Shown: piece by piece, positions 1-12,060 of the stretch | How positions within the stretch are numbered: position 1 is the stretch's first letter | Layout: each line of letters starts with the position of its first letter | IMG/VR virus record: IMGVR_UViG_2684622670_000009 | Coordinates: 20,476-84,475 of that record | Reading direction: 5' to 3' (one strand) | DNA length: 64,000 nucleotides | Origin: a virus | Lineage: Duplodnaviria; Heunggongvirae; Uroviricota; Caudoviricetes | Program-made: the position numbers and the translations under genes | The notes under the pieces: model-generated | The model's database searches: none | What the model was told of the DNA's origin: nothing | What the model saw: only the letters and a program-made list of their open reading frames with translations

Positions 1-1284
1 TCTTTGATGCTTCCTCTATAGTCGCAGCCCCCTTATCAAGCCGCATACGCCCTGATTTTACAGCTTCTGCCGCCTGAATATTCGCGAAAGCGCGCATATC
101 GAAATAAAGGCTTTTATCTTCGCGGCTGTGCATCTTTTTACCCCAGCGGATACGCTGGACGGTAATACCATAGCGTTCGTACATCAGATCAGCCGTCGAT
201 TTCCCCAAGCCATCGCCATCAATAGCTATGGTTATGTTCGGGAACCGTTCTGGGTTACATTCTGCGAAAATCTTGGCGGCTAACTGCGTTTCTGTAACGT
301 CTGTGTATTCCAGCATACGATAGTTGATTACACGGCGTTTATTTCGCTGGCCGGACACCATCATGATATTAATAACGGACTTATCTCGTCCTGTACCACC
401 AGCAACGTCAACACATGCAACCCAGCCCCATCCTTTGGCAATCTTGACCTTTCGCCGCGTCGCCCGCTCAACCTCATCACGACCAAGAAGAAAACCATCT
501 TGAGATTTGGGAAATTCCCCACGTACTTTGATCATGTACATGGGGTTATCACGACCGCCATACTCCGCAAGTTTTGCTCGTATAAATTTTGCATCTACAA
601 GCGGAGATTCTTCACTATTCAGTACTATCGCAGTAAACAATCCATCAGGATTTCCCGGGCGAATAGCTAGTCTGTGGTGTGAATCGTAGAAATAGCCTGA
701 AGGTCGCGTAGGCTGGGAAAGAAGCAGAATACGGTTATCCTTACCGGTCAGCGCACCTGTTATCACACTGAATGCTTTATCACTCACACCCGACGCTTCG
801 TCGATGATATACAAGAGATGATCGGCGTGTTCACCAGCCAACGCCTCCTCATTTCCGGGGCGACAGGACTTTATCAATATTGTCCAAACACCCTTGCCAG
901 TCACCTCAAAAAAAGACGTTTCTGTAAGAATGAAATACTTCGACAACCACGGGAATCTGCTAACAGCAGTAGCCCAATTGTTCTTTATGTATTTGAAAAT
1001 ACCATCAAGGACTTGCTGTCTTTTGTTAGCGACCAGAATGACGCGAGCGCCGGGGAAAAACATGATGAAGAGTATTGCAATGATACTCGTCATATCCGAT
1101 TTACCAGTACCATGGCCGGAGGTCACACTTGTCCAACTGCCGTCCTGCTGCGTGGACTCAATGATCTCATCCTGCTGCCAGGTTGGTGTCTTCCCAAACA
1201 ACACATCAGCGGCCGCAATCCAGTCATAACGATATAGCGCCACCAGCTCGCGCCAACGTGGGTCCGTTACGCAACTTCTGGCCA
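1..1284 (-). CDS. pacB: Terminase large subunit (PacB-like); C-terminal part lies beyond the window edge
   Basis: ATG at 1284 directly after pacA stop; translation [22 protein letters not shown]...; Walker A SGHGTGKS and Walker B-like LYIIDEASG read from the sequence. Confidence 0.85.
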
Positions 1285-2478
1285 TTAATCATCATCCCCG
1301 TACAGTTTGCGGGTAACTTCTTCGTCTTCCTCCTCGTCTTCGTCCAGATCCTGTTCAAGCCATGCTTCGTTTGATATGCCTTCCGCATCGACATCACCAT
1401 AACCACCTGTATCGACGATATCGGCAATTTCTTCTCTACGATGCTCAATCCACAATGCGGCATCAGCGCGGCGACTGGCGGCCCGTTCTCGCGCGATTTT
1501 ATCCAGATCTTCAAGTGATGGAGCGCCAGATGCTGTTTGGTTTTCCTCATCATCGGTATTGGTCTTAGGAGCACGCAGATCGGCTTTGATTTGCTCCAGC
1601 ATCAGGGGCGGCACTTTTCCTCCATGCGCCTCGATGAATTCAGCCGCTTCCAGCACTGACCAGTTATTTTCACGCTTTCGTTCGTATGCCAGCTTAACAA
1701 TGCCAGCTTGCCCCATAGATAAAGCGTGCTTTTCCGCCTCCCGGCTTTCTTTTCGATAGTTATTCCGGATGCTGTAAATGGTGTTGATCAGGCTGCTTAT
1801 CTGCGCGGAACAGCTGTTTAGCATGCTCGCGATACGGTATTCAGGCGGAGTACCTTCATCATCGTCTTTTTGCTGATCGCGCATTTCCTGCACCAGGCGA
1901 ATACACGTATCCCTGGCGTTCTCCAGCATAAGGAGATGAGAAAGAGACTTTTCCAGAAGGGTGGTCTCCAGAACATCAGCCCCGGACCGACGCAACATAG
2001 CGCGCGCAGCCTTCCGCGCTTCAACGTTATCTATCAGGTAATCGCCAGCTTCGAATTCAAAGCGCTCACCATCATCATCCAGGGTGTCGCGTTCCAGGCG
2101 ATCACGTAAGGTCCGGTGGGCGCGGGTGATCACGTCATGATCATCTGAACGATCTTTTATGCGCTTATTTTGGCGCTTCGCGTTCTCGACTGCGGCACTG
2201 ACAACAGCATTAACCCTTTGTTTTCTCACCATTTCAGCAGCAATATGATCACCTGTACGTTGATCATTAGCGTGATCAATGATCATGTTTTTTAGTGGCT
2301 TCCTGACAGGCTTATTTGGCTTACGGCTGTCCGCTGTTCCGGTGTCTTCTTTGAATGCACGGAGATAACGACGTGCGGTGTTTGGGTTGAGATTAAACTC
2401 GGCGGCATATTGTGCGATGGTGTAACCACCATCTCGCGCCAGGCGAGCAAAATTCTTCTTGTGATCGTCCCAGGTCAC
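1285..2478 (-). CDS. pacA: Terminase small subunit (PacA-like)
   Basis: 397-aa ORF, GTG start preceded by AAGGAAG; lies immediately upstream of pacB; encloses the GATC-hexamer cluster expected of a P1 pac site. Confidence 0.75.
   Translation of the reverse strand: MTWDDHKKNFARLARDGGYTIAQYAAEFNLNPNTARRYLRAFKEDTGTADSRKPNKPVRKPLKNMIIDHANDQRTGDHIAAEMVRKQRVNAVVSAAVENAKRQNKRIKDRSDDHDVITRAHRTLRDRLERDTLDDDGERFEFEAGDYLIDNVEARKAARAMLRRSGADVLETTLLEKSLSHLLMLENARDTCIRLVQEMRDQQKDDDEGTPPEYRIASMLNSCSAQISSLINTIYSIRNNYRKESREAEKHALSMGQAGIVKLAYERKRENNWSVLEAAEFIEAHGGKVPPLMLEQIKADLRAPKTNTDDEENQTASGAPSLEDLDKIARERAASRRADAALWIEHRREEIADIVDTGGYGDVDAEGISNEAWLEQDLDEDEEEDEEVTRKLYGDDD
2100..2285. promoter_or_regulatory. 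pac: pac packaging site: two clusters of Dam-site hexamers (TGATCA / GATCAC)
   Basis: Hexamers at 2100, 2128, 2139 (plus GATC at 2152) and at 2246, 2261, 2273, 2280, about 100 bp apart, inside pacA. Confidence 0.5.
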
Positions 2479-2563
2479 TTATGCTTCCTTTCGTAAAAAC
2501 TCTTTTTGACGCGAGGGTAACGAAAGTCACATGTCAAAAGGCCCGGAACGGGCAAGCAATCAA

Positions 2564-3016
2564 TCAGATACGTGCGGATGTGGCATTACCGTAATGACGG
2601 TGCTGACGGGCCACCTTATTGAAAAGTTGACGCGCCATTACCCAAGGCTGGTGCTCCCGGCGTTCCTTTTCGTCCTGCGTCATATAGAGTTCGTTCTGGA
2701 GTTTTTCATCAAACCGGCGCGGAGCGCGGCTACGGCGAAAGAATTCAGGATTCAGAGAGTGGATCTGAAATCTACGTGGGCGTGTACTGTCATCAATCAA
2801 AACAGACGAATACTTAGACACAGCGATAGCCTTTAAGCGCAGATAAACATCGCGCTTATCGACATCCAGATGCGGGTATTCCTTTTCAAGAATTGCTGCG
2901 AGTTCTTTCGCTGATAGAAGAGATTTAGTGCGGATCATGTAATCCGCAATCTCGTACGATGTTATTCGTGAGTGATTTATTTCCATGAAGTGGCGTCCCT
3001 GCCAGTTAAGTAACAT
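2564..3016 (-). CDS. lpa: Late promoter activator-like protein (assigned by position and size only)
   Basis: 150-aa ORF directly upstream of pacA; AGGTGA Shine-Dalgarno; C1-operator-like site just upstream. Confidence 0.4.
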   Translation of the reverse strand: MLLNWQGRHFMEINHSRITSYEIADYMIRTKSLLSAKELAAILEKEYPHLDVDKRDVYLRLKAIAVSKYSSVLIDDSTRPRRFQIHSLNPEFFRRSRAPRRFDEKLQNELYMTQDEKERREHQPWVMARQLFNKVARQHRHYGNATSARI

Positions 3017-3086
3017 CCTGTCACCTACTGATTAGCCCATGTCAACTAATCAACGTGGAATATAATACCCTCGATTAAAGAAATAG

Positions 3087-3103
3087 CAATACATTAGAGC
3101 AAT
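3087..3103 (-). promoter_or_regulatory. C1 repressor operator-like site (13/17 match to ATTGCTCTAATAAATTT)
   Basis: Reverse complement of caatacattagagcaat; sits in the promoter region upstream of the lpa-like gene. Confidence 0.3.
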
Positions 3104-3104
3104 T

Positions 3105-4148
3105 TTATCTAACGCTCGACGAGTGACTTGTGATAGCGCCGACTCCAAGCGCGTAATCAAAGAACAATCGTTGATGCATCGCCAGCCTACCGTGCGTCTT
3201 CTCCCAATTATCGCGGTCACGCTCAATATCACGCTGGCATGACTGGCACAGAGGAATTGCGTAAATGTCATGCGCGCATAATCGACTATGACGAACGATA
3301 TAAGGCGTAATGTGAGCGCCAGCTCCCGCCGCTCCACACCCACAGCATGGACGGGAAGCAACAAAGTCCATGTACTCAGGTAATTTTAGCGATTGCAGTT
3401 TTGGTATTTTGAAATGCGCCATGCCAGGGTCGGAGTCAACATCCACAGGGCATACTTTTGCACGCATCAGCGCGGCGCGTTCTTCCATCATCTGAACATA
3501 TGCTGTAGCGCGATCGTCATACGGGCGAATATCCGCCTCTTTCAGAGGTCCGCTATCCTGCGTTGCGGCTTTCATCTTATTTATTGATATACGGCAAACT
3601 TCTTCCGGCATCAGGTGCATCATGTTGCGCATGAAAGCCCACCAGCACAGTTCCTGAATACTTAAATCATGGCCATCTGAAAGCCCCATTTCCTGACGGG
3701 CGACATCCAGTATCCAGTTAACGCGATTATTATGCAGCGTTTCTTTCAGCTCATTAAAACCACGCATCCGGTAATGGTTATCGTGATGCCAGCACAACAA
3801 CACCGCGCTATTGTCTCGTTCTGCGTGGACAATATGGTTGTCACACCAGCTACGATCTGCGGCCTGGCATTGCCCCTCTTTCCTGCGCAACCACGCCAAC
3901 AGCGAGTCAATTCCACCAATACGGCGAAACAGTTCATCGCTGTTAAAAAACGGCTGCAACGCCTCATTTGTTGCCATGGTTTGCTCGGTAACAACGAGGC
4001 CGTCTTCCATGTGCTCGATTAACTCACGCGGCACCGGCTCCATAATAAATTTACGGCCAGCCTCCACCAGCTTTCTGACCTCCTGATCCACTTTGAACGT
4101 GGCGAGGCCAAGCTCTTTCTGTACAAAGGGAGTAATTACGGCTTTCAC
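3105..4148 (-). CDS. Hypothetical protein with Cys/His-rich C-terminus (pdcB-like position)
   Basis: 347-aa ORF with AAAGGTG Shine-Dalgarno; C-terminal CCGCG...H...C..C cluster suggests zinc binding; between doc and lpa. Confidence 0.5.
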   Translation of the reverse strand: MKAVITPFVQKELGLATFKVDQEVRKLVEAGRKFIMEPVPRELIEHMEDGLVVTEQTMATNEALQPFFNSDELFRRIGGIDSLLAWLRRKEGQCQAADRSWCDNHIVHAERDNSAVLLCWHHDNHYRMRGFNELKETLHNNRVNWILDVARQEMGLSDGHDLSIQELCWWAFMRNMMHLMPEEVCRISINKMKAATQDSGPLKEADIRPYDDRATAYVQMMEERAALMRAKVCPVDVDSDPGMAHFKIPKLQSLKLPEYMDFVASRPCCGCGAAGAGAHITPYIVRHSRLCAHDIYAIPLCQSCQRDIERDRDNWEKTHGRLAMHQRLFFDYALGVGAITSHSSSVR

Positions 4149-4175
4149 ATCACACCTTTCATCACTGATTGGGCT

Positions 4176-4355
4176 TTATCTGCTGCCCGGCATTCTCTGT
4201 TTAAGCACAACCATTTCCTGACGGCATAACACAGCAATAGCTGTCCTGGCACCAATTTGCTTACCAACCAGGTATTGCTTTACCTCGCGGCGACTCACGC
4301 CATCAAGAAGCATCTTTAACGCTTCACGGGACAATTTGTTGTATTTACGTGCCAT
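4176..4355 (-). CDS. Small basic protein (pdcA-like position)
   Basis: 59 codons from internal ATG (MARKYNKLSR...) with GGAG Shine-Dalgarno, 4 nt after doc stop. Confidence 0.4.
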   Translation of the reverse strand: MARKYNKLSREALKMLLDGVSRREVKQYLVGKQIGARTAIAVLCRQEMVVLKQRMPGSR

Positions 4356-4359
4356 TAAT

Positions 4360-4740
4360 CTACTCCGCGGAACCATACAATCTACGTAACGTGTCGGCGA
4401 CAGAAGATACAGATATCTCTCCGGTCGCAGCCCCTACGGTAAGGTCTGCCAGTTCAGGTGAATCAAATACCTGCACCCCGTTACGGCGTAGAAATAGCAG
4501 CGCACTGTTTAGCGCGGTACGCTTATTGGCATCATTGAATATATGCCCTCTCGCTGTAGCCACCAGGTAGGTGGCGGAGACTTCGAAAAGGTCGGTGATC
4601 TCTTCGTAGGCAACTCTGGCCTGAACTCTCCCGATAATGGCCTCTGCCCTACCCGGATCTGACATTCCCGGCAGGCCGCCGTAGCGGTTTATATTCGCAT
4701 CATGAAGCGCAATAAGTTCTTCCGGTGATATATGCCTCAT
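4360..4740 (-). CDS. doc: Doc toxin (death on curing; Fic/Doc family)
   Basis: 126-aa protein [25 protein letters not shown]... recognised as P1 Doc; start overlaps phd stop by 1 nt. Confidence 0.95.
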   Translation of the reverse strand: MRHISPEELIALHDANINRYGGLPGMSDPGRAEAIIGRVQARVAYEEITDLFEVSATYLVATARGHIFNDANKRTALNSALLFLRRNGVQVFDSPELADLTVGAATGEISVSSVADTLRRLYGSAE

Positions 4741-4961
4741 TATCGGTTAACCAGTTCCTTGTTGGTGGAGTCCAAGGTGTCAAACAGGGATGCAAATTCA
4801 GCATCCAGCGCCGCTTTTTTGTAGGCTTCGAAAGTAGCCTTGCTGACAATTACTGCTGGCTCACGGCCTCTGCGGGTGATTTCAACCTCTTCCCCGGCCT
4901 CAACATTGTTGAGCACTTCAGAAAGGTTGCCGCGCGCGGTACGGAAGTTAATGGATTGCAT
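4740..4961 (-). CDS. phd: Phd antitoxin (prevent host death)
   Basis: 73-aa protein [32 protein letters not shown]... recognised as P1 Phd; translationally coupled to doc. Confidence 0.95.
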   Translation of the reverse strand: MQSINFRTARGNLSEVLNNVEAGEEVEITRRGREPAVIVSKATFEAYKKAALDAEFASLFDTLDSTNKELVNR

Positions 4962-4964
4962 AAA

Positions 4965-4995
4965 TACCTCGTGTACTCGTTATGTGTACACAATT
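4965..4995 (-). promoter_or_regulatory. phd-doc promoter/operator region with palindromes
   Basis: GTGTAC half-site at 4971 and perfect palindrome TGTGTACACA at 4984-4993 immediately upstream of phd; TTATAA -10-like hexamer nearby. Confidence 0.4.
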
Positions 4996-5137
4996 ATAAA
5001 CTTCACAGGCATAAAGCACCAGCACTTTGCGGCTTAACAAACCTCTAGGCAGGTCATTCGTAGCCTAATGTCCGAACTGCTAAAGCATCCAAGTTGCTGT
5101 AGAATCACCGCCAATTACATAAGCCTGAAATAAGTGG

Positions 5138-6700
5138 ATGAAAATGACAAGTATTCAACAACGTGCAGAGCTTCATCGTCAAATCTGGCAAATTGCTAAC
5201 GATGTCAGGGGTTCGGTCGATGGATGGGATTTTAAGCAATACGTTCTGGGCGCACTTTTCTACCGTTTTATCAGCGAAAATTTTTCCAGCTATATTGAAG
5301 CCGGGGATGACAGTATCTGTTATGCGAAACTGGATGACAGCGTAATTACTGATGACATTAAAGACGATGCTATCAAAACTAAAGGCTACTTCATCTACCC
5401 CAGTCAGCTTTTCTGCAACGTAGCGGCGAAAGCAAATACCAATGACAGACTGAATGCAGATTTAAACAGCATCTTCGTTGCTATCGAAAGTTCTGCTTAC
5501 GGTTATCCTTCAGAAGCTGACATCAAAGGTTTGTTTGCTGATTTCGATACCACCAGTAACCGCCTGGGTAACACCGTTAAAGATAAAAATGCCCGCCTGG
5601 CTGCGGTTCTGAAAGGGGTTGAAGGGTTAAAACTTGGTGACTTCAACGAACATCAGATTGACCTGTTCGGTGATGCCTATGAGTTCCTGATCTCTAACTA
5701 TGCGGCAAATGCCGGTAAGTCAGGCGGCGAGTTCTTTACACCGCAGCACGTCTCTAAGCTGATTGCACAACTGGCTATGCACGGGCAGACCCACGTTAAC
5801 AAAATCTACGACCCGGCAGCAGGCTCCGGTTCGCTGTTGTTGCAGGCTAAAAAACAGTTTGATGACCATATCATCGAAGAAGGTTTTTTTGGTCAGGAAA
5901 TCAACCATACGACCTATAACCTGGCGCGTATGAACATGTTTTTGCACAACATCAACTACGACAAGTTTGATATCAAGCTGGGCAATACGCTGACTGAACC
6001 GCACTTCAGAGATGAAAAACCGTTTGATGCCATCGTTTCTAACCCGCCGTATTCGGTGAAATGGATTGGCAGCGATGACCCGACGCTGATTAACGATGAA
6101 CGTTTTGCCCCGGCTGGCGTTCTGGCCCCCAAATCCAAAGCTGACTTTGCGTTTGTATTACATGCGCTGAACTATCTTTCTGCCAAAGGTCGTGCTGCGA
6201 TTGTTTGCTTCCCGGGTATTTTTTACCGTGGCGGTGCGGAGCAGAAAATCCGTCAGTATCTGGTCGACAATAACTATGTCGAAACCGTGATTTCACTGGC
6301 ACCGAATCTGTTCTTTGGCACCACCATTGCCGTCAATATTCTGGTGTTGTCTAAACATAAAACGGATACCAACGTTCAGTTTATTGACGCCAGCGAACTG
6401 TTCAAAAAAGAGACTAACAACAACATTCTGACCGATGCTCATATCGAACAGATTATGCAGGTATTTGCCAGCAAGGAAGATGTTGCTCATCTGGCGAAAT
6501 CTGTCGCGTTTGAGACCGTTGTCGCTAATGACTATAACCTGTCGGTGAGCAGCTATGTGGAAGCGAAAGATAACCGCGAAATTATCGATATTGCTGAGTT
6601 GAACGCAGAGCTGAAAACCACGGTCAGCAAAATCGACCAGTTGCGTAAAGATATTGATGCGATTGTGGCTGAAATTGAAGGCTACGAGGTGCAGAAATGA
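5138..6700 (+). CDS. hsdM: Type I restriction-modification methyltransferase subunit HsdM
   Basis: 520-aa protein with N6-adenine methyltransferase motif NPPY ([10 protein letters not shown]) and AdoMet-binding [10 protein letters not shown]; stop overlaps hsdS start (ATGA). Confidence 0.95.
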   Translation: MKMTSIQQRAELHRQIWQIANDVRGSVDGWDFKQYVLGALFYRFISENFSSYIEAGDDSICYAKLDDSVITDDIKDDAIKTKGYFIYPSQLFCNVAAKANTNDRLNADLNSIFVAIESSAYGYPSEADIKGLFADFDTTSNRLGNTVKDKNARLAAVLKGVEGLKLGDFNEHQIDLFGDAYEFLISNYAANAGKSGGEFFTPQHVSKLIAQLAMHGQTHVNKIYDPAAGSGSLLLQAKKQFDDHIIEEGFFGQEINHTTYNLARMNMFLHNINYDKFDIKLGNTLTEPHFRDEKPFDAIVSNPPYSVKWIGSDDPTLINDERFAPAGVLAPKSKADFAFVLHALNYLSAKGRAAIVCFPGIFYRGGAEQKIRQYLVDNNYVETVISLAPNLFFGTTIAVNILVLSKHKTDTNVQFIDASELFKKETNNNILTDAHIEQIMQVFASKEDVAHLAKSVAFETVVANDYNLSVSSYVEAKDNREIIDIAELNAELKTTVSKIDQLRKDIDAIVAEIEGYEVQK

Positions 6701-7977
6701 GCGAGATGAGTTATCTGGAAAAATTGCTGGATGGGGTTGAGGTTGAATGGAAAACACTAGGGAAAGTGCTTAAACGAACTAAAGGCACAAAAATAACCGC
6801 TGGGCAGATGAAAGCTCTTCACAAAGATAATGCGCCGCTTAAAATTTTTGCAGGAGGAAAAACAGTAGCCTTTGTTGACTTTAAAGATATACCAGAGAAC
6901 GATATTAATAGAGAGCCATCGATTATTGTTAAATCCAGAGGTATTATCGAATTCGAGTATTACGATAAACCATTCTCTCACAAAAATGAGATGTGGTCAT
7001 ATCACTCAAATAATGATGCGATAAGCATAAAGTATATTTATTACTTCCTAAAAATAAATGAAGGATATTTCCAGAAAATTGGGGGTAAAATGCAAATGCC
7101 ACAAATTGCAACTCCTGATACAGATAAGTTTGAAGTTCCAATCCCTTGCCCGGACAATCCGGAAAAATCCCTTGCCATCCAGTCCGAAATTGTTCGGATT
7201 CTGGATAAATTTACTGAGCTTACAGCAGAGCTTACAGCAGAGCTTACAGCAGAGCTTAGCATGCGTAAAAAACAATACAACTACTATCGCGACCAGTTGT
7301 TAAGTTTTGATGAGGAGCAGGAAAAACCTATTTATCTGGAAAAATTGCTGGATGGGGTTGAGGTTGAGTGGAGAACTTTAGGAGAAATAGCAGTAATTTA
7401 TGATGGAACTCACAAGACTCCCAAATATACGGCTTCCGGAGTTCCTTTCGTTAGCGTGCAGAATATCAAAAATCTATACGGGACAAATAAATATATTTCA
7501 CCTGAGGATTTCAAAACATACAAGAACAAACCGCGCAAGCATGATTTGTTTATGACGAGGATTGGCGATGTCGGTACTTGTGCTATTGTGGAGGATGATA
7601 GACCATTAGCATACTACGTAACACTTGCATTAATACGAATAAATCAACAAATTGCTGTACCAGGATTCATTCGTTATTTAATCGAAAGCAGATTTGGTAA
7701 GGCCGAATTGTATAAAAGAACGCTTATACACGCAGTACCAATGAAGATTAATTTAGGCGAAATTGGTAAAGTTGCTGTACCAATCCCCTGCCCGGATAAT
7801 CCAGAAAAATCCCTTGCCATCCAGTCTGAAATCGTTCGGATTCTGGATAAATTCGACACACTGACCAACTCCATCACTGAAGGTCTCCCGCGTGAAATCG
7901 AGTTGCGCCAGAAACAATACGAATACTACCGTGATTTACTGTTCAGTTTCCCGAAACCTGAAACTGTCAGTAATTAA
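6697..7977 (+). CDS. hsdS: Type I restriction-modification specificity subunit HsdS
   Basis: 426 aa with two target-recognition halves, each followed by the conserved [25 protein letters not shown] block; central TAEL repeat. Confidence 0.9.
   Translation: MSEMSYLEKLLDGVEVEWKTLGKVLKRTKGTKITAGQMKALHKDNAPLKIFAGGKTVAFVDFKDIPENDINREPSIIVKSRGIIEFEYYDKPFSHKNEMWSYHSNNDAISIKYIYYFLKINEGYFQKIGGKMQMPQIATPDTDKFEVPIPCPDNPEKSLAIQSEIVRILDKFTELTAELTAELTAELSMRKKQYNYYRDQLLSFDEEQEKPIYLEKLLDGVEVEWRTLGEIAVIYDGTHKTPKYTASGVPFVSVQNIKNLYGTNKYISPEDFKTYKNKPRKHDLFMTRIGDVGTCAIVEDDRPLAYYVTLALIRINQQIAVPGFIRYLIESRFGKAELYKRTLIHAVPMKINLGEIGKVAVPIPCPDNPEKSLAIQSEIVRILDKFDTLTNSITEGLPREIELRQKQYEYYRDLLFSFPKPETVSN
7216..7259 (+). 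repeat. 12-bp tandem repeat (gagcttacagca x3 plus partial) encoding TAEL repeats in the hsdS central region
   Basis: Three perfect copies at 7216, 7228, 7240 then gagcttag; translates to [15 protein letters not shown]. Confidence 0.85.
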
Positions 7978-8098
7978 TTGACCATTGCTACCGATCGGGC
8001 CACCTTAACACCCGGTCAGTATATAGACTATTTTTTACGCGCCGGAAGTCACTCTTAACGCCCTTCCGGCTCTTGCCAGGCGGCACAAAGGATGCGCT

Positions 8099-11000
8099 AT
8101 GACTCATCAAACACACACCATTGCTGAATCCAATAACTTTATCGTCCTTGATAAGTACATCAAAGCTGAGCAAACAAGCGACAGCTACCAGAGCGAATCG
8201 GACCTGGAACGTGAACTGATTCAGGACCTGCGGAATCAGGGTTATGAATTTATTTCCGTAAAATCACAGTCGGCAATGCTGTCCAATGTTCGGGAACAGC
8301 TTCAGAGCCTCAATGGTGTGATGTTTAATGACAGCGAGTGGCGGCGCTTCACGGAGCAGTATCTGGACAACCCGAGTGATGGTATTCTGGATAAAACCCG
8401 TAAAATCCATATCGACTATATTTGCGACTTTATTTTTGATGACGAGCGACTTGAGAACATCTATTTGATAGATAAAAAGAATCTCATGCGCAATAAGGTG
8501 CAGATTATCCAGCAGTTTGAACAGACGGGTTCTCACGCTAACCGTTATGACGTCACGATCCTGGTTAATGGCTTACCACTGGTGCAAATCGAACTGAAAA
8601 AACGCGGCGTGGCGATTCGTGAGGCTTTCAACCAGATACATCGTTACAGTAAAGAGAGTTTTAACAGCGAAAATTCCCTGTTTAAGTATCTGCAGCTGTT
8701 CGTCATTTCCAACGGCACTGATACCCGTTATTTTGCCAACACAACAAAGCGCGATAAAAACAGTTTTGACTTCACCATGAACTGGGCTAAATCAGACAAT
8801 ACACTGATTAAAGACCTCAAAGACTTTACCGCTACCTTTTTCCAGAAACATACTCTGCTTAATGTTCTGGTGAACTACAGCGTTTTTGACAGCAGTCAGA
8901 CGCTACTGGTAATGCGACCGTACCAGATTGCTGCCACCGAGCGCATTCTGTGGAAAATTAAGAGCTCCTTTACAGCGAAGAACTGGTCAAAACCGGAAAG
9001 CGGTGGGTATATCTGGCACACCACGGGTTCCGGTAAAACCCTGACCAGCTTTAAAGCCGCGCGTCTGGCAACAGAACTGGACTTTATTGATAAAGTTTTC
9101 TTTGTGGTCGACAGGAAAGACCTCGATTACCAGACCATGAAGGAATATCAGCGTTTTTCGCCAGACAGCGTCAACGGCTCGGAAAATACCGCAGGCCTTA
9201 AACGAAATCTGGATAAGGACGATAACAAAATTATCGTCACTACTATTCAGAAACTCAATAACCTGATGAAAGCAGAAAGCGACCTGCCTGTATATAATCA
9301 GCAAGTGGTGTTTATATTTGATGAATGCCACCGCAGCCAGTTTGGAGAAGCTCAGAAAAACCTGAAGAAGAAATTCAAACGCTATTATCAGTTTGGTTTT
9401 ACCGGCACCCCTATTTTCCCGGAAAACGCCTTAGGCTCAGAAACAACCGCCAGCGTATTTGGTCGTGAATTGCATTCGTATGTAATTACCGATGCGATTC
9501 GTGACGAAAAAGTGCTCAAATTCAAGGTGGACTACAACGATGTGCGGCCACAGTTTAAGTCTTTAGAGACAGAAACTGACGAGAAAAAACTGAGTGCGGC
9601 TGAAAATCAGCAGGCGTTTCTTCATCCCATGCGTATTCAGGAAATCACGCAATATATTCTGAATAATTTCCGCCAGAAAACCCATCGTACCTTCCCTGGC
9701 TCAAAAGGTTTTAATGCTATGTTGGCAGTGAGCAGCGTGGATGCCGCGAAAGCCTATTATGCGACGTTTAAACGGTTACAAGAAGAAGCCGCTAATAAAT
9801 CGGCTACCTATAAACCGCTGCGTATTGCGACAATCTTCTCCTTTGCCGCCAATGAAGAACAAAATGCCATTGGTGAAATTTCCGATGAAACTTTTGATAC
9901 CAGCGCAATGGACAGCAGTGCTAAAGAGTTTCTGGACGCTGCAATTCGTGAATATAACAGCCATTTTAAAACTAACTTTAGCACCGACAGTAACGGTTTT
10001 CAGAACTACTATCGTGATTTAGCCCAGCGGGTTAAAAATCAGGATATCGATCTGCTAATTGTCGTGGGGATGTTTTTAACCGGCTTCGATGCTCCAACAT
10101 TGAACACGCTATTCGTCGATAAAAACTTGCGTTTTCACGGCCTGATGCAGGCATTTTCCCGCACCAACCGTATTTATGATGCAACTAAAACCTTCGGTAA
10201 TATCGTCACTTTTCGGGATCTGGAACGCTCAACTATTGATGCCATAACGCTGTTTGGTGACAAAAACACCAAAAATGTGGTGTTAGAAAAGAGTTATACA
10301 GAGTATATGGAAGGCTTTACTGATGCTGCTACTGGTGAAGCTAAACGCGGCTTCATGACAGTAGTTTCAGAACTGGAACAACGGTTCCCTGACCCTACCA
10401 GTATTGAAAGTGAAAAAGAGAAGAAAGACTTCGTTAAACTGTTTGGCGAATACCTGCGTGCCGAGAACATCCTGCAAAACTATGATGAATTTGCCACGCT
10501 AAAAGCCCTGCAACAAATCGATCTTAGCGATCCTGTTGCGGTAGAAAAATTCAAAGCAGAACATTATGTGGATGATGAAAAGTTCGCTGAATTGCAAACA
10601 ATTCGTCTCCCTGCTGATCGCAAGATTCAGGATTATCGTTCTGCCTATAACGATATTCGCGACTGGCAGCGCCGTGAGAAAGAAGCTGAGAAAAAAGAGA
10701 AATCAACCACTGACTGGGATGACGTAGTTTTTGAGGTCGATTTGCTGAAGTCTCAGGAAATAAACCTGGATTATATCCTTGGACTGATTTTCGAACACAA
10801 CAGACAAAATAAAGGCAAGGGCGAAATGATCGAAGAGGTCAAACGCTTAATTCGTTCAAGCCTAGGGAACCGTGCTAAAGAGGGCCTGGTGGTCGATTTT
10901 ATTCAGCAAACGAACCTGGATGATTTACCGGACAAAGCCAGCATCATTGACGCATTCTTTACGTTTGCTCAACGCGAACAGCAACGTGAAGCAGAAGCAT

Positions 11001-11215
11001 TGATAAAAGAAGAAAATCTCAATGAAGAGGCAGCAAAACGCTATATTCGCACGTCTTTAAAACGCGAATATGCCACCGAAAATGGCACAGAATTAAACGA
11101 AACATTACCAAAACTTAGTCCGTTAAATCCGCAATATAAAACGAAAAAACAGGCAGTTTTCCAGAAAATCGTCTCGTTTATTGAGAAGTTTAAAGGCGTA
11201 GGCGGAAAAATATAG
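8099..11215 (+). CDS. hsdR: Type I restriction endonuclease subunit HsdR
   Basis: 1038-aa protein with helicase motifs TGSGKT and DECH ([10 protein letters not shown]); AAGGA Shine-Dalgarno. Confidence 0.95.
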   Translation: MTHQTHTIAESNNFIVLDKYIKAEQTSDSYQSESDLERELIQDLRNQGYEFISVKSQSAMLSNVREQLQSLNGVMFNDSEWRRFTEQYLDNPSDGILDKTRKIHIDYICDFIFDDERLENIYLIDKKNLMRNKVQIIQQFEQTGSHANRYDVTILVNGLPLVQIELKKRGVAIREAFNQIHRYSKESFNSENSLFKYLQLFVISNGTDTRYFANTTKRDKNSFDFTMNWAKSDNTLIKDLKDFTATFFQKHTLLNVLVNYSVFDSSQTLLVMRPYQIAATERILWKIKSSFTAKNWSKPESGGYIWHTTGSGKTLTSFKAARLATELDFIDKVFFVVDRKDLDYQTMKEYQRFSPDSVNGSENTAGLKRNLDKDDNKIIVTTIQKLNNLMKAESDLPVYNQQVVFIFDECHRSQFGEAQKNLKKKFKRYYQFGFTGTPIFPENALGSETTASVFGRELHSYVITDAIRDEKVLKFKVDYNDVRPQFKSLETETDEKKLSAAENQQAFLHPMRIQEITQYILNNFRQKTHRTFPGSKGFNAMLAVSSVDAAKAYYATFKRLQEEAANKSATYKPLRIATIFSFAANEEQNAIGEISDETFDTSAMDSSAKEFLDAAIREYNSHFKTNFSTDSNGFQNYYRDLAQRVKNQDIDLLIVVGMFLTGFDAPTLNTLFVDKNLRFHGLMQAFSRTNRIYDATKTFGNIVTFRDLERSTIDAITLFGDKNTKNVVLEKSYTEYMEGFTDAATGEAKRGFMTVVSELEQRFPDPTSIESEKEKKDFVKLFGEYLRAENILQNYDEFATLKALQQIDLSDPVAVEKFKAEHYVDDEKFAELQTIRLPADRKIQDYRSAYNDIRDWQRREKEAEKKEKSTTDWDDVVFEVDLLKSQEINLDYILGLIFEHNRQNKGKGEMIEEVKRLIRSSLGNRAKEGLVVDFIQQTNLDDLPDKASIIDAFFTFAQREQQREAEALIKEENLNEEAAKRYIRTSLKREYATENGTELNETLPKLSPLNPQYKTKKQAVFQKIVSFIEKFKGVGGKI

Positions 11216-11294
11216 CCCAATTCGTGTTTTTCTTGCGGGTTCTTAATTAAACCCGCAAGAGACCGTGGGGTTCCAAATGGCTAATATACTCCCC

Positions 11295-11381
11295 TTACCC
11301 ATGCGCGACAATGCTGCCAAAAGTGATAGAAAACAGCCAGAAATAGATCGCGGCCATAATGATTTTGAATGCCGTGTTCAT
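11295..11381 (-). CDS. Small hydrophobic peptide (28 aa)
   Basis: MNTAFKIIMAAIYFWLFSITFGSIVAHG with AGGAG Shine-Dalgarno 7 nt upstream; below the ORF-track size cut-off, found by eye. Confidence 0.3.
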   Translation of the reverse strand: MNTAFKIIMAAIYFWLFSITFGSIVAHG

Positions 11382-11465
11382 ATCTTCAGCTCCTGTGATT
11401 GATTGGATACATGCCGCGCCCCTTGCGGCATGTTTTTATTTTTACCTTCTCTGCTTTAAATATCA

Positions 11466-11482
11466 AGATTTATTAGAGCAAT
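11466..11482 (-). promoter_or_regulatory. C1 operator-like site (16/17)
   Basis: Reverse complement of agatttattagagcaat gives ATTGCTCTAATAAATCT. Confidence 0.45.
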
Positions 11483-11988
11483 TATTGCTGATAGAGAAGC
11501 GCATTTTCATACTCCCTGACCATTAACGTAAGTACGCCGTGACTCCTGAAAACACGCGCCACTTCAATCTTATCTTCCAGCGCGAACGCAATTTTACTTA
11601 GACCAATTTTCTTCAGGAGATCAATCTTTGCTGGACCGTCATTTCTGTCATCGGTGGCAGGACGCATAGATAGCAAAGGCTCAGCCCCATTTGTTACGTG
11701 CTTACGCAACCAGGCTCGTGTTTTATCCCTGGCTATCTCACAGCGCCCGGTTACAAACCAGAGGGTGTAAATGCCGGACAACTGGCGCACCATATCAATA
11801 ACTGGAGTGATGGGGGCATCAGTGTCACAGGCAAGGTTAAACTCGTTCCAGTGCTCTGTTAATGCACCTTTACCTGGTGGTGGAAGTAAATGCAGTCTGT
11901 CTTCAGTTGCCTCTGATATTGTTCCATCAATATCGACTATGACGATATACGGACGTTCCTGGTGTGCGTGTTTATTGAAAATACTCAA
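11482..11988 (-). CDS. HAD-superfamily phosphatase-like protein
   Basis: 168 aa, TTG start after GGAGG; HAD motif I DxDGT (IVIVDIDGTISEA). Confidence 0.55.
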   Translation of the reverse strand: MSIFNKHAHQERPYIVIVDIDGTISEATEDRLHLLPPPGKGALTEHWNEFNLACDTDAPITPVIDMVRQLSGIYTLWFVTGRCEIARDKTRAWLRKHVTNGAEPLLSMRPATDDRNDGPAKIDLLKKIGLSKIAFALEDKIEVARVFRSHGVLTLMVREYENALLYQQ

Positions 11989-12007
11989 ATGCCCTCCTCA
12001 TTGGACG

Positions 12008-12040
12008 AAAAAAATGCTGGTGGGCGCACTCCACCAGCAT
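12008..12040 (-). terminator. Rho-independent terminator (minus strand)
   Basis: Perfect stem ATGCTGGTGG / CCACCAGCAT followed by a U7 tract on the minus-strand transcript. Confidence 0.6.
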
Positions 12041-12060
12041 TAAAAGTGACACTGTAACTA

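Noticed and set aside
818-1237. Plus-strand ORFs of 111-139 aa inside the pacB region
   Set aside because: They are antisense to a well-supported terminase gene with Walker motifs and have no ribosome-binding site or recognisable motif.
6757-7280. Minus-strand ORFs with repetitive [13 protein letters not shown] or [12 protein letters not shown]
   Set aside because: Antisense readings of the hsdS TAEL 12-bp repeat; artefacts of the repeat.
11232-11258. 10-bp-stem hairpin after hsdR as an intrinsic terminator
   Set aside because: No U-tract follows the stem on either strand; may be another structural or binding element.
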